From a virus: 64,000 bases of DNA. Made by a program: the position numbers and the translations under genes. The notes beneath the pieces were generated by a model. The model saw only the letters and a list, made by a program, of their open reading frames with translations. It was not told the DNA's origin and searched no databases. The stretch is taken from the IMG/VR virus record IMGVR_UViG_3300045988_051021. The stretch is one strand, 5' to 3'. Below, one piece after another: positions 17,901 through 29,000 of the stretch; position 1 is the stretch's first letter; the number at the start of each line of letters is the position of its first letter.

Positions 17901-20057
17901 GATAAGGGAGAGCTTACCAGGAAGATAAAGGCAATTCTAGGTCTCGGAGATGATGTGTATTGTACATTTGCATTTAAGAGTTCTGCAAGTACGTTCAATA
18001 ACGCAGAATGGGGAAGATTTAGAAAGGATACAGGTTCAGAATCTTTAAGCTACATATTCTCTGAGGATGAAGAAAGTAAGAATATTAAGCTAAAGACACT
18101 ATCTATCATTATAGGGGAAGGCACTAATGATATGTTAGAGCTACCTTTAGCTATATTACCTAACCCTCTAACTGTATTTAAGAATGACAAATTCAAGGCA
18201 ATAAAAGAGGAATATAATGAGATTTCTAGAAGGAATCCTAGTGCTCCTATGTTTGATAAGTTTAATGAACTTATTAAATTTATTCAAGCTAATCCGTCTA
18301 TTGAAGGAGGAAATGCCTTAGTTAACTTCTTAAAGGTATATACCTTTAACTCTAATGGTGTATTTTACATGGAGGATGCAAATTGGACATTGGCTAATAA
18401 TCTTAAATCTCAAGGACCGACAATTACTAATGCTCTTAAGGGTTCTGATTATGAATACAATGACCATTTGAAATATGATGGTAAATGGATAACCCTTGAT
18501 GAATTATCAAAGGTTCCTGGCACTTCTATTTCTAAGGTAAAATTATCTCCTAAGGGAGTTTACTCATTTGGAAATAAAACCGTAAACTTTGCCAAGCCTG
18601 GACACCCATTTGTACTTGTTAGTAATGATATAATGCTTAGTGGTGCAGAATTGGAGAATTACTACTATAGACAATTAGAGGATAGTTCTTTGGAGAAGAA
18701 GGTGAAGTTAGTTTATGTTGTTCCTCCTAAAGCATCAGTTAAGGAGTATTTTGATAATCTACTAAGCATTGTTTCTGGAGATAAGAACTCTATTAAGAGG
18801 ATAGGTAATGACTTCACGGCCTATAGGATTATAAAAATATTATCAGCTCAACCTGGCTATGAGACAAGTGACCTAAACTACAATACTACTGCATACGATG
18901 GTATAATGAAGTTGGTAGGTAAACTTGATAGCGCAGAGGGAGATGTTAAAGCCCAAATGGAAATCCTTAATGGTCCTGTTGATATTAAAGGACTAAATAG
19001 AAACATTACTGCTAGACAAGCCCTTCAAAACTATCTATTAGGTTCGGTATATCCTCCAAACGCAGATAATACTAGTAGAATATTTAAGGAACTTAATTTA
19101 CGTTCTATAGAACATATATTAGGTCAAAATAAGATTGATGGAATATTCTACAATATACAATATAGTAAGTCTTCTACAGACACTATTGCTCTAGATGCAG
19201 TTTATGATACAGGTAACTACTCTATTGATAATAATCCATTTATGGTTAATGGTAAGATAGATAGCCCTTCGTTCTATGGTAACGTAAACCCATTACTAGA
19301 AACAATAGTCAACAAGATGACTAACAATGGTAACTTTAAAGGTAGTAGAGACAATAATAGGTATTTAGCTGGAAACTCTCGTATAGGAGTAACCCCTAAG
19401 CCTACAGCTGATACTATCTTTAGGTCAATGAACATCAAGGCATCTGCTTCAGTTATGTCAGAAATGGATGTAGATACTCTACAAACACTGTCTAAGGAGC
19501 AGGTTTTAGATGCATATAGAAAGACAAATCATCTAGTAATACCTATTGGTTCTGACGTCTATATAAGTACTAAACCATCTAACCTTGATGTGTCTAACTC
19601 TGTCATTTCAGATATTTCCCAATTAAGTTTAAATATTCACAAATTTACCTTAACTTTGGGGAATGAAATCTTTAATGCAGAGCTAAACCTGAATAACAAT
19701 GAGATTACTCTAATAAAACAGACAAGTGCTCCTACTGGGACTCAACTTGCTGTATTCTCGGTAAGCTCATTACAGGAAGTAGCCGAATATAAGAACATCC
19801 TTAGCGTATTTAACTTTGCTACACTTGGTAAGGTGCAATCTGCGAAGGGTGTGGAGGCATTTAATAAGGAAGTTAATGCTATGAGAGCAACTTCTAAAAT
19901 GATAAAAAGGATGAGTGAGGAGATTGACCAATTCGAAGGTTCTCAGAAGGATATGCTTCAGAATTTGGTAAATTTCTTACAATCTAAGCAAGATGAAAAG
20001 GCTCGTCTAAACACTACTGACAATTCATGTCCAATAACTATAAAAATTAAATTATAA
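11988..20057 (+). CDS. giant protein (2689 aa) with embedded SF1-helicase-like P-loop NTPase module
   Basis: Walker A GIPGSGKTT (16251-16277), Walker B LILIDEVS (about 16617-16640), motif III-like VAGDFDQS (16707-16730), and later LYTGISRAIQGSIVL (motif VI-like). The N-terminal part has hydrophobic and Gly-rich segments typical of phage internal proteins. Confidence 0.6.
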   Translation: MTNTKENDWLLNRVSNPTFSISDFKAIGLDATNTSLADASVYKNIPQIQDNPAFQTDGKFDEAKFDNVYKYMAETYNQLADESYQEDILSQATFHRDNIFAEPEQRRKGPDIYLSREVNPLRQTRGIRRLNLLDAPTMSADEAAQTQKVLANPMSVANGANPVWHDSPNDSFWTDFWDTRVMAQWDEDGEHIDPVTKEKVQHKKGELKLNENGTYYYENLDGRDVYGRRVLSKLNTLTTDGSAINKYDFFDSDGLDKSVVGSLARNAVSILPMFIPGISPWYIGAGIALETTKILATLGKVFSGSDNKFLSAVEGFTKSLEPTTSEYGQNNAWSMENFINLAGDVFKQMYEQRWIFKYAPALFKGENMATEAAQMKKLEEFQAKYVNLDSYLKAKVATPKAGDLRYFEELKAVNTFKAQNDLENYMKGYNKIGELLSKAYMTSITVQDAYGEAKEQGANDLEAALLTLGYAAGEYAIINSRLGEWVLPELRMDKEQMKQVVKTLTEGSRKTIDNGSKVQKVEWMKKIFKLGKDVAQANYSVGKSGLKATAANALGEGIEEVSEEVMYDFAKSVTNLGMWLAGSDTQPLQAWDNMFDRYGMSFVGGMLGGAMFDALPNLREARQLGQMNNEQAMQQLVYMARNGKMGDFLKMVDKMELGNKYLSATKLVDGVGGRKVWAQGTDTDNQDLAAKSEVRRIAKFVTNTLSAQGATISDDAFLDTQTLNDLRFSALKNSSVAASYLQDYNSVCEKIVTLTNQLNGLGGTQERMDNGGPTDAQVKENGDESTKTERSRIEGELKAAIERKEAYMKGDLAPRLIYDALFEMSTAVSSAYLAPTLIQYAENKTGKKVTDIPKNELEEISKEYDGWKNSGFKDAVRTAASIHKSIAKVVAPLFQNHSLKYYESLDENLHSTLSILQTGLNRYVKHLNENKDSESFVEDMAEFNIHSSTGIIDSLLATLGSESEKATFIDIINTPITEDYTMEVQSEQYNKFVSKFLTSHIDAIVKPIVNQGYINPELKRVLNGTLDSAYWYFINQAEMYGDDASYIEATKIEDAKAQIDKLQHSNIIELLDQFSLSTTDSDVKVSNILKETDASLREHMDDLSNFNLNNERLGQITEALSVINIFKAQLLSARVDNADLSNLYGMNTTINELDSEANLAELQSNVADAMMQDLEGIELRLKTFQKIIAANNAQKLGEQTRTANNKNILIYDRIKSFILNIPNDWAGKAEFEGTVSSLSKLEEISAAKKISLNREERFQVESEMVKLDDAIYNFFEANSDKVNDPEALSKLISVDNFGLITISDDVESLSSKSTNIDDNAVVWYIASRAAVKASDFYGEYRSIISDKIAPIPTQELATYLGYASILNGGMIDKFCDAVNTSLKNYAASMTDSEWKYAPGIIRELVLDSSVAPRFSRVTFIEGIPGSGKTTGVFNNLIVLLKKYHPEVLKSVWIGHATEDSAKGLKADLNLDSATTLDREHLMKRVTQEWKDFKDYPQKSSKEVDPSSEEDIPVSIIDDGDIYFDDNFITRSNFKINEISEAPSLILIDEVSRYTVVDMDLVNRFAQKYGIPVIVAGDFDQSKAIGRHLIDYKGKNVRNTIQLARRNFIRCPKLGVSMRSNNQQVTININNLKSILPKLRSNNYDSDVSMHYYQDDSGLFGTKVYNINDLRNSAPYSIELVKKDIDLMINSMNPDEKIGFIYYDTDTEIYKLLSSATYKDRVDFKQGNSSQGLEGKYYIIDDSAGLENEEYWDDLYTGISRAIQGSIVLHTKDSYKTNNSNLLNSIQDPSTSVSELSKDGIKTFSSERRDMLDKLPLDNKPTKLVKREKDATIPSVTVVPEAGLTSEVVTTVTDDGTKKQVIITNNGLPTEADIKDKTLASSEDTTPPPVPTTGTNHVSSTKTESVLDLLMYTFPTFESGTSFDKDGNLIVTPENSKRLDSYFGLNKLPGVKNKETFDKTIGNLRSVIFNTADKGELTRKIKAILGLGDDVYCTFAFKSSASTFNNAEWGRFRKDTGSESLSYIFSEDEESKNIKLKTLSIIIGEGTNDMLELPLAILPNPLTVFKNDKFKAIKEEYNEISRRNPSAPMFDKFNELIKFIQANPSIEGGNALVNFLKVYTFNSNGVFYMEDANWTLANNLKSQGPTITNALKGSDYEYNDHLKYDGKWITLDELSKVPGTSISKVKLSPKGVYSFGNKTVNFAKPGHPFVLVSNDIMLSGAELENYYYRQLEDSSLEKKVKLVYVVPPKASVKEYFDNLLSIVSGDKNSIKRIGNDFTAYRIIKILSAQPGYETSDLNYNTTAYDGIMKLVGKLDSAEGDVKAQMEILNGPVDIKGLNRNITARQALQNYLLGSVYPPNADNTSRIFKELNLRSIEHILGQNKIDGIFYNIQYSKSSTDTIALDAVYDTGNYSIDNNPFMVNGKIDSPSFYGNVNPLLETIVNKMTNNGNFKGSRDNNRYLAGNSRIGVTPKPTADTIFRSMNIKASASVMSEMDVDTLQTLSKEQVLDAYRKTNHLVIPIGSDVYISTKPSNLDVSNSVISDISQLSLNIHKFTLTLGNEIFNAELNLNNNEITLIKQTSAPTGTQLAVFSVSSLQEVAEYKNILSVFNFATLGKVQSAKGVEAFNKEVNAMRATSKMIKRMSEEIDQFEGSQKDMLQNLVNFLQSKQDEKARLNTTDNSCPITIKIKL

Positions 20058-20059
20058 TC

Positions 20060-23000
20060 ATGGGTAAATGTAAATTTAACAAGAATGACTCTAACTTAGA
20101 CTTACAGGATGTATTACAAGACACACTGGAAGAAATCTGGGAAGAGAAAGACGAATTTAGTAGAAAGGCGATGTTTATTAATAGTCTGAAAGAGATAGGA
20201 GAGGGGTACGATATTACGTCCCTCTCCGACCTTGCAGATTTTATTGATGCATTCGTTATGGAGGTTGCTCCAGTATTGCATGATATAGTTCCAACCAACA
20301 TGACCACCTATCTTTCCGGTCAAAGTAGTAACATTGATGATACTGCTGAAGAGAATCCTACCAAGTTGGATGCTTTGGATGACCCTGAAGGTAACGCTGA
20401 TGCAAAACAAAGGATTAGAGGATTTATAGTAACTAATTATGGTACTGCAACTGAAATTGCCTCAGCAATGGAAGCTAGTGTTACTGATAATATAGTTAAG
20501 TGTTTTCTTGTGGATAGAGAGGCTGGTAAGGTGATTAAGACTGAGCATGAAATTAATGAAGCCTTAAGGAATTATCAAGAAACTCTATTGCAAGATGTAG
20601 TTGGTTATCTAAAGGATGCATATTCTAAACTTCCATCAGAAGATGTACAGGACACTCTAGAGAAGCTGTCTAACCTTACTATGTGGAAGGATGGAGTATA
20701 TCTAAATGCCGTAGGAGAGTTAAATGCTGTAGGAGAAAGATTCCTCCATCATTCACACTTTACCGCTGATGAACTTAGAAAGATATATTCTAGGAATAGA
20801 ATTATTGACAAGAAGTTTATTAAGGCATATAATAGTTTAGTTATTTTAAATCACTTTGATGATTTACTTAGCTCTAAATTAGGGAAAGTCTTAAAGATTA
20901 ATGAGAACTATCCTAAGTATAGTGCAGAGGATAGATATTCTCTTATAAGTACAGGAGCCAACAATAGTAGGAATTGGGGAGATAAGGAGAAAGATGTAAA
21001 TATGAATGACCATGTGTCGGACATAACTAAGCTATTAGTTGAGACTTCTCCTATATACACTTGGGGAAATAGTACTCCGATTGCAGATAAGAAGGTTAAA
21101 CTAGACGCATTTAACTATATTATATCTAAAATCAAGAGTTTAACTAACTCTCCTGATATTCACAATTCTTCTCTTACATTTGATGGGATGTTCTTCCTTA
21201 AATATCCTCAGTTTGAACATTTGCGTTCTTCCATTGAAGGTAAATCTTTCTATACATTATTATCCTCAGCTAGCACAGGTAACGTGCTTGAGAACTATCA
21301 TGCACTATTTGAATTGTTGTGTGATGACTCATTCTTTAACAGCAACTATGAGCTACTTAGAGGGTTTAGAAGTATAGAAAAGAACTTAGTTTATTCATTG
21401 AGGCAAGGAATCTTTAGTAGTGATGCACACTCCTTATTTGGAATTTATAAGAATAATGTTCTTGATACTAACTACTACTCCTTTATCTGCCAATTAGTGG
21501 CAACTGCTAGTCCTCTTGATTTTGTGCAATATAGAGTTAATGAGGATGGGGATATAGTTAGAGCAACTTTGAGGGATAATCTTAACAGGCAATTAAGGAA
21601 TCAACTTGAAAGAAGTATTTCATCTGCGTTGAGCGTTACAGCTCCTACTAAGTATGAATCAATGATTGCTAAGTATAATCCTAGATATGAGGAAGATAAG
21701 GTTACAGACCCCAAGGAAGGTGTGAAGACTATTTCTGTATTTAGATTCCATATACCAGACTTGAATGTGTCTATTCAATTCAATCCAAAAGCGAAGAGGT
21801 CTAATGCCTTCTCTATATCAAGAGACGGTAAAGCATTAGTTTCATTTAACGGTGAGGAAGATTGGAATAAGGCTCTTCAATTCTTCAAGGAATTCTTATA
21901 TTTAGACTTTGTTTCTGATGGACCATTAGTTGAAAGCTATCTTGCATTAAAGACGAAGAATGGTAACATTCAATATGATGCAGCAATTAGTGACCTACTT
22001 CAACTTAGTACTAGCATATTCTTTAACTCTTACTTCTCTCATAACTTGGTTCCTAAAGAAACAAGTACACAGGAGTTTAGAAGAAAGCAAGAGGAGGTAT
22101 TTGGAACTGAGAACCTAACCTCTATAAAAAGAGGGGCTAAGGATATTGGTGTTCTACTTCCTAGCTATGTACCAGTAATGGAGGATTTAGCTGCTGCCTA
22201 TGCTATGACTACAGATGCTTATGTTAGTGGTATAAACAGGGACGGAGAAGGTCGTGCATTATCTGGAGTTGCTATGTCAATGCTTGGTACTAACTACAGA
22301 AGTCAGTGGACAAATCAGTGTATGAATATGAATTCCGCTACTAATGGATTATCCCTTCTGAATAATACATTCTTGCATAGAGGAATGGTGGTATCGAGAG
22401 AGTATAAAGGTAGGACTGATAGTAAGAAGCATATTGATTTTAATATGTCAGAATCCTTCTATACTGCATTTGTAAGTAATTATTTATGTAATATTGCTGG
22501 AAATACAGATGCTGCTTTCTTACCTTCTGTTATCTCAGATAAGTCTACTTTGTTCCACATGGTTGAAAATCTGAACGCCCTCAGCCCTCTAGGTAAACCC
22601 TTCAATAAATTAACTAAAGATGAGACCATAGCTATTATTAATAAAGAGCTTGGGGATTGTTATGCAAAGATAATAAACTCCATAACCTTTGAATGGGAGA
22701 GATTAAACTCTGCCCTTAAGAGCATAGACAGTTCTTTAGTGTTCAACAACCCGACTCAATATCCCTTATTAGCAAGTAAGGGAATAATTCCTGTATTTAA
22801 TCCTATGACTAATTTCGCAGAAGTGAATACCGTTTATGGAAATGATTCTAGGAAGGTACTTGAAGAAGTATTAAGGGTTTATCAGAATGTGGTTAGAGGT
22901 CCAGAATTGGAGATTAAAGACGAGGTATCATTCCAGGGAGGTAAAACTCTTTCATTTAACAGAACACTAATATCCCTTACTAATAGGTTTAATCCTGAGT

Positions 23001-26000
23001 ATTTTACTAGGGCTGGACTTAATGTGGAAGAGGTATTTGGCAAGTTAACCAATAGTGACGACTTCTGGAGAATTAAGGAGGTAGAACTATTAACTGACTT
23101 ACTTGATAATGATTTTACAATTGAAACTACTGATGAGAGAGGTAATGCACTTACCACTCCCGAAGTAGCCTACCTAGCTAAGAATAAAGATTGGATAAAA
23201 TTCTCTACTAAGCGGGTAATATTAGCTAAGTATACTAACTTTGGTAAAACTTTTGATATTACTAAATGGTCTGACCTATATTCTATTGGAGGTTACACTG
23301 AGAATGGAATATCTTATAATTGGGGAAGTCCCGGATTTAGTTTCTCTAAGTTCCTAGAACTTAGAGGTGGTGAGTTACAACTTCATCCTGACTTAGCTAG
23401 ATTTAATGTAATAGATTATCTTCTTAGTCAAGAGTATGTTCTAACTACTGTAGGTACTCATGCTAATCATCCCGCGAAGAAAGCCACAGCTAGTCCTAAT
23501 GATTTAGTTGAGGAGGCTGCAAGGTACATTGCTCAGCATAAGAGAAATGTATCAGACACAGCTGCTAAGCAGGTTATGAGCCAAGGCTTAATAAACGGAA
23601 TATTACCTGAGTATACTATTGCCGTTATCGAGGATGATACTGCTCCTACCTATAATCCTATGGGAGACCATGATGAGCATGGGGTTAAACAATATGATGG
23701 TAGTACATTTGCATCTCCTGAAACAACGTATTTGGAGAATAACTCTCTTGGTGGGGCTAAAGTAGGTGCTGATAAGAAACCTTTTGTGCATTTTTATAAA
23801 GAAGGAAGTGCTACTGGAGGTATTATCAAAACTGCCACATTCGCCCTTACTAACTATACCATGAGTAACAGCAAATTCCTACAAAGGATGGTTAAGAAGA
23901 TGTGGAGTAAGAATTGGGAATTCGAAGGAGTATTATTTAATGATAATGTGCTTGTAGATTTCCAAGGCAATCCTATATCTTACGAAGACGTTTACTATAA
24001 GGGAACAGATGGTAAATTCTACATGATTAATAGTATCACCTATATGCCAGAGGATGGTACATATATGATAATTAAGTCAGAAGTAGAGCCTGATGGTACT
24101 ATAGTGAAACAACTCCCTGCTGAGATTACTCCCAAACCAGGGGAAGCTCCTAGGGTTACGAACAGTGGAATTACACTCTATCCTGTTACAAACAACTTTG
24201 GTTTATTTCAAATGTTTGGCGGTTGGAGGTCTTATTCACAATCTGAAGATGGGTTAATTCCGTCTGAGGTCTCAGTAAGAAATGTAGTCAAAGCTGTTAA
24301 CGGTGTGGGGATTAAACTGAAGGACTCAGTTGTCTCCCAATCGGATGTGTATCAACCTCTAAAATGGTCTTCTATTCAGTATGTAGTAACCGCTGGTGCT
24401 ATTAAGCAAGGGGCAGCTAACGTAAACCTGAAACATGCTTATTTTGATGATAACCCATACTTGACAATGAAGTTTAGAACTGATGATATTGGTATTCAGT
24501 TAGATGCAGAGCATACTGCTGATGAATCTACTTTATCAATTATGACTCAAGTAATCAATGCTTTGGCTTCGAGGGGTTATACTACAGAACAAGCTGGAGA
24601 AGTTTATGAGGCTATGTTTGCACTATCAGAAGCCGGAATCAATGACTATGTTGAAGGATTTGAACAGTATGTAGACACTAAAGATGCATCCAAGTTCAAG
24701 GATGCAATCATATCTACTATAGTTAAATCTATCCAGAATAGTACAAGTAGGGACGGCAATCTAATGCAAGCTGTTATGGATACTCTAATAGAAGATTCTA
24801 GGGCGGGTAAGTTAATAACCTATAAGAATGTAGAAGGTACAATTCCATATAGTAATCCTAGTGTTTTTAATGGAATCTTCTCTTCTATTTCTGCCACACT
24901 TACTAAGGCGGCTATTAGACTTAAATTTAATGGTAGCCTTGCAGTGTTAAATCCCTCTCATAAGATTTGGAAGTTATATGGAGATAGAATGTATGACTCT
25001 TTTAATAATGATGAAGAAATTCAAAAGTTACAAGAATTATACAATTCTAAACCTATAACTAACTTATCTGAACTGAAGCTTGGTAGGTACTATACAATTA
25101 CGGTAGATGGGATTACCAGTACTGAGTTTATAGAAACGCCTCAACAATATTGGGATTTGGAAAGCAGGCTAGCTGACAAAGACTTCCGTATAGTTGAAAA
25201 CATTACTGCTGGTAGAGATTTAGCCTCATATAATTTCACATTTAGAGATGTTCAGGGCAACCTTTATAATATGTGGGATTTAGATGTAGTTAAATCACTA
25301 TACACTACTGTTGACCCTCAAGAGAAGATACTGCTAAGAAGAGAACTCCAAAATGCTCTTGGAGCAGTAAGTAACGGCAAACTAGATACTGTAGTCATTA
25401 ACGGGGTGGTAGTACAAGTTGACAAGTCTTCTCTTCAAACTCAACCATTTGAGTTAATAATGCCTAAAATCTATGCAAGTAGATTTGGATTGAAGAGGGG
25501 GGATAGTCTATCTACCATCAAGAATGATGATACGTTCTTCCTAAAGAGAATGCTATCTAACTGGGAAAGTAAGGTTAGTGATACTGATTTTGATATTGAA
25601 TTGAAGAGGCTAAACGGCAAACACGTATACTTAGTTGATAAGAGAGTTTATAAGAACACTCGTCTAACTCCTATAGAAATTGAGACTAGATGGGATGGGG
25701 CTAAACTTTACAGAGTTAATAGCTCTGGAGAGAAGCTGCACAGACTGTCTGATGAATCTGATAGGGTATATGTGGATGCTAATGGTAATGAGATAATTGT
25801 TACCAACAACACTCAATTCTATATTGATTCTTTCAACTATCATACTATCAGAGTATCTAATAGTGCTGCCACAAGTGAAGAAGTTAGTAAGATTATTCAA
25901 CCTATACTGGATTCTAGAGCCAAAGTAGCTAGCAGATTTGCTAAATATATAGGTAAGAGTAACCCTACTGACATTATAACTTATGTAAACAGGCTATATT

Positions 26001-29000
26001 CTGAGAGTATTGATAAATTGAGAACTAATCCTAGAGCTAAAATTGAAGACCCAAACATTGATGCTATAAGAGATGCTGCTGCAGAATTGCATACATCTTT
26101 TATTAAATCTTTGGATGTCTTAGCTGCTCGTATCCCTGCTCAGTCTATGCAATCATTCATGCCAATGAGGGTAGTAGGATTTGATGAAACGGACACAAAC
26201 TCCGCCTATGTAAATTATTTCCAGTTCTGGTTACAAGGTTCTGACTTGGATATTGACAAGGTTTCCTTATTAGGTCATTCATTTGACAGAACAGGTAAAT
26301 ATGTTGGATGGAGTCCCTACTTTAATTTAAGTTCTCAGAATGCTCTAGCCGAATCTGAGAAACTTCCATTCCCTACAAATAAAGAGCTAGAATTAGTTGA
26401 AGCTGATGATACATCATTAACTAATTGGGCGCATGATTTTGTAGGTTCAGGTAAATTGTTTAACTTTAACGGTTCAGAAGTAGTATTTCTACCAGAATAT
26501 GACTTGGACAATTCTTTAGGTTCGGTACAATCTCTATCGAATTTCTTAAGAATGGTTAAGAGGAATGGTGGTAAGCTATATATTCCTAAAGGTTCTAATC
26601 TTCCATTTGATAAAATCAAGGAACTGATTGACCGACATAACTTATATGTAAGGAACTCTAGCAATCCCGAAGATATGATTAAGAATTTCATATCCTCTTA
26701 TATGTTTAAGATTAGTGATAATCCTATTAACTTAATGCAGTCACAATCATCTATTGATGATGCTGTAGCTCTGTTAAAGGATATAGCTAAAGGGTCAACA
26801 GAAGGTCAGAGAACTCTACAATTTACTCCAGGTAATGTAGTAAATAAGTATGAGTCCATGTATGACTTTCAATCTGGTAAGAAGAATGTTGGTATAGTTG
26901 CATCTGCCATTAAGGTATTTGATGGTCTAACTTACTACAATAATGCCACATTAAATAGTAATAACCCAATAAAACAATATGGTCTACTATTTAATAGGGC
27001 TATTTGCGGTAGTAGATTTAGATTGCTAGCTAATTCATATACTGATAGTCCTGAATCCATAAGTAATCTTGAAGTATTAGATGCATTACGAAGTGTGGAC
27101 AATGATACAGATGCTAAGCTAGTATTCTCAGCATTGATGTCAGCTGCAACTGATAATGCTAAAGACCCGATATTGGCTAAAATCAATGCCGGACCTAATA
27201 TGATGGGATTATATACTTACGGTACAGCAATTGGAATTCCTCTTAAGGATTTAGCTGGAGCTATGATGTCCAGAACTGCTCGTATACTCTCTAAGCTCAT
27301 GGATTCTAATGTATTTAATAGAAAGGCTGGTATGTCAATTACTAGTGCTATTAGATATATTGAGAATGGTCCAAGTATTGGGGAGTTAGACCCAGAATTT
27401 GTTTCTATACTAAAGAGTGAGTTTGGGTCTGGGACAGATGCATCTGATTTTGTAATAGGTAAAATGCTACAATATAGGCTCTCCGACCTATCTAAAGGTC
27501 ATGAATTGATTGATAGTTTAAGAAAGAGAATCAAGTCTATGGATGTATCTATGAACAAAGTCTCAATGTATAAATTCTTAGAAGAGTTATCTGATTATAT
27601 CAGGTTTGTTAATACGATAAACAATGACATTATCACTAACTCAGAAGGGGTTCAATACAGAGTTATTGATTCAATCAAACAGCTAGTCCAAGGTGCATCT
27701 GAAATGGGTAGATTGAGAGGTATCTATGCCCTCAATCAAGGTCTCTCTAATAGTGTTGAAGACTCCCTTAAATTTATTGATAAGTTCGAAGGAATCTTTG
27801 AAGATAGAATTAAGGAAATATCAGCTGAAGAGAAAGAGGGTACTGTAATGGTTGACGGAATGATTATGAAGGTTTCTGATGTTATAGCAAAGCTAAGAAA
27901 TCTAACTAATAATACTGACAATCCATATAGAATCTCCTTTAGTAAATTTATGTCTGATGAGGAATATAGAAGCACTTTAATCTCTCTGTATGGAGGATTA
28001 AAGCACTCCTTCAACGTATTGGATGCAGCATGGTCTGTACCTCACTATAGAGGGTATTTGAAAGCCTTCCATATGGATGTAGAAAGCAAGTATATGGTTA
28101 TGTCCAAGTATAGAATGATGAGGGATTTAGGTCCTAGAATTATTAAGGGCGGTGGATTCTACAGTAGTAAAGAAAGGTCTAATGTTTATAAGAAGTTACA
28201 GTCATTCTGTGACATGACTCTTAGGAACACTTGGATGAAAACTTCTGAGAAGGTAATTACAATCCCAGCTGGTGTTACTATTATGAATAGTATTGGTAAC
28301 ACATTTACTACTCAAGGTAATACTCCTATTATGTTAGGAACAAGATGGGGTAATGAGTCATTTAAAATGTGGATGGATTCTGTGGTAATTCCTGAATTAA
28401 AGGATATAGAACCTAATGAATTTATTCAATCTTTAAGTCCAATTAGATTAGATAGAACCCTTAGTGGTAACGCTGCATTCGTATATTCTTTGCCAACTAA
28501 TATGTTACCAAAGACTGGTTCGGAGGTAGAGCGTTTTAATAGGTATAAGAGAGCCTTTAACCAATTGCAAGGTGCTCCAACATATCAAGGGTATCCATTG
28601 ACAGACCTGTTCTTCTATTATAATCTAATAAACTTTAATAACACTGTATCTCAAAGTTCTTTAACTACTATCTTTGAGGATATTATCAGAACAAAATCCT
28701 CTCCATTAATAGAGGAGTTTCATAAGTTTACGTCTGTACTTGATTCTAACTCAATGTTAGTTGAGGGGGTAGACTTCACTTATGACGAAGCTCTAAAATG
28801 GTGTGCTCCTATTGAAGATACTAACTATTCATCTAAGTATTATGTTAGAAGCTATGATGATTCTAATATGAGATATCACTTATTTGTTAGGAAGTCTAAT
28901 TCAATGGATAGCCAAGAGGTAGATGGAGATTTTGAATATGATTCTGATTATATGGATTTTGTATCTGATGATTATGACAGTGGGGATATGGGAGGTTATC

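Noticed and set aside
20702-20737. Tandem 18-nt duplication encoding LNAVGE-LNAVGE in the RNAP-like gene.
   Set aside because: It is a small in-frame slippage-type duplication with no evident functional meaning.
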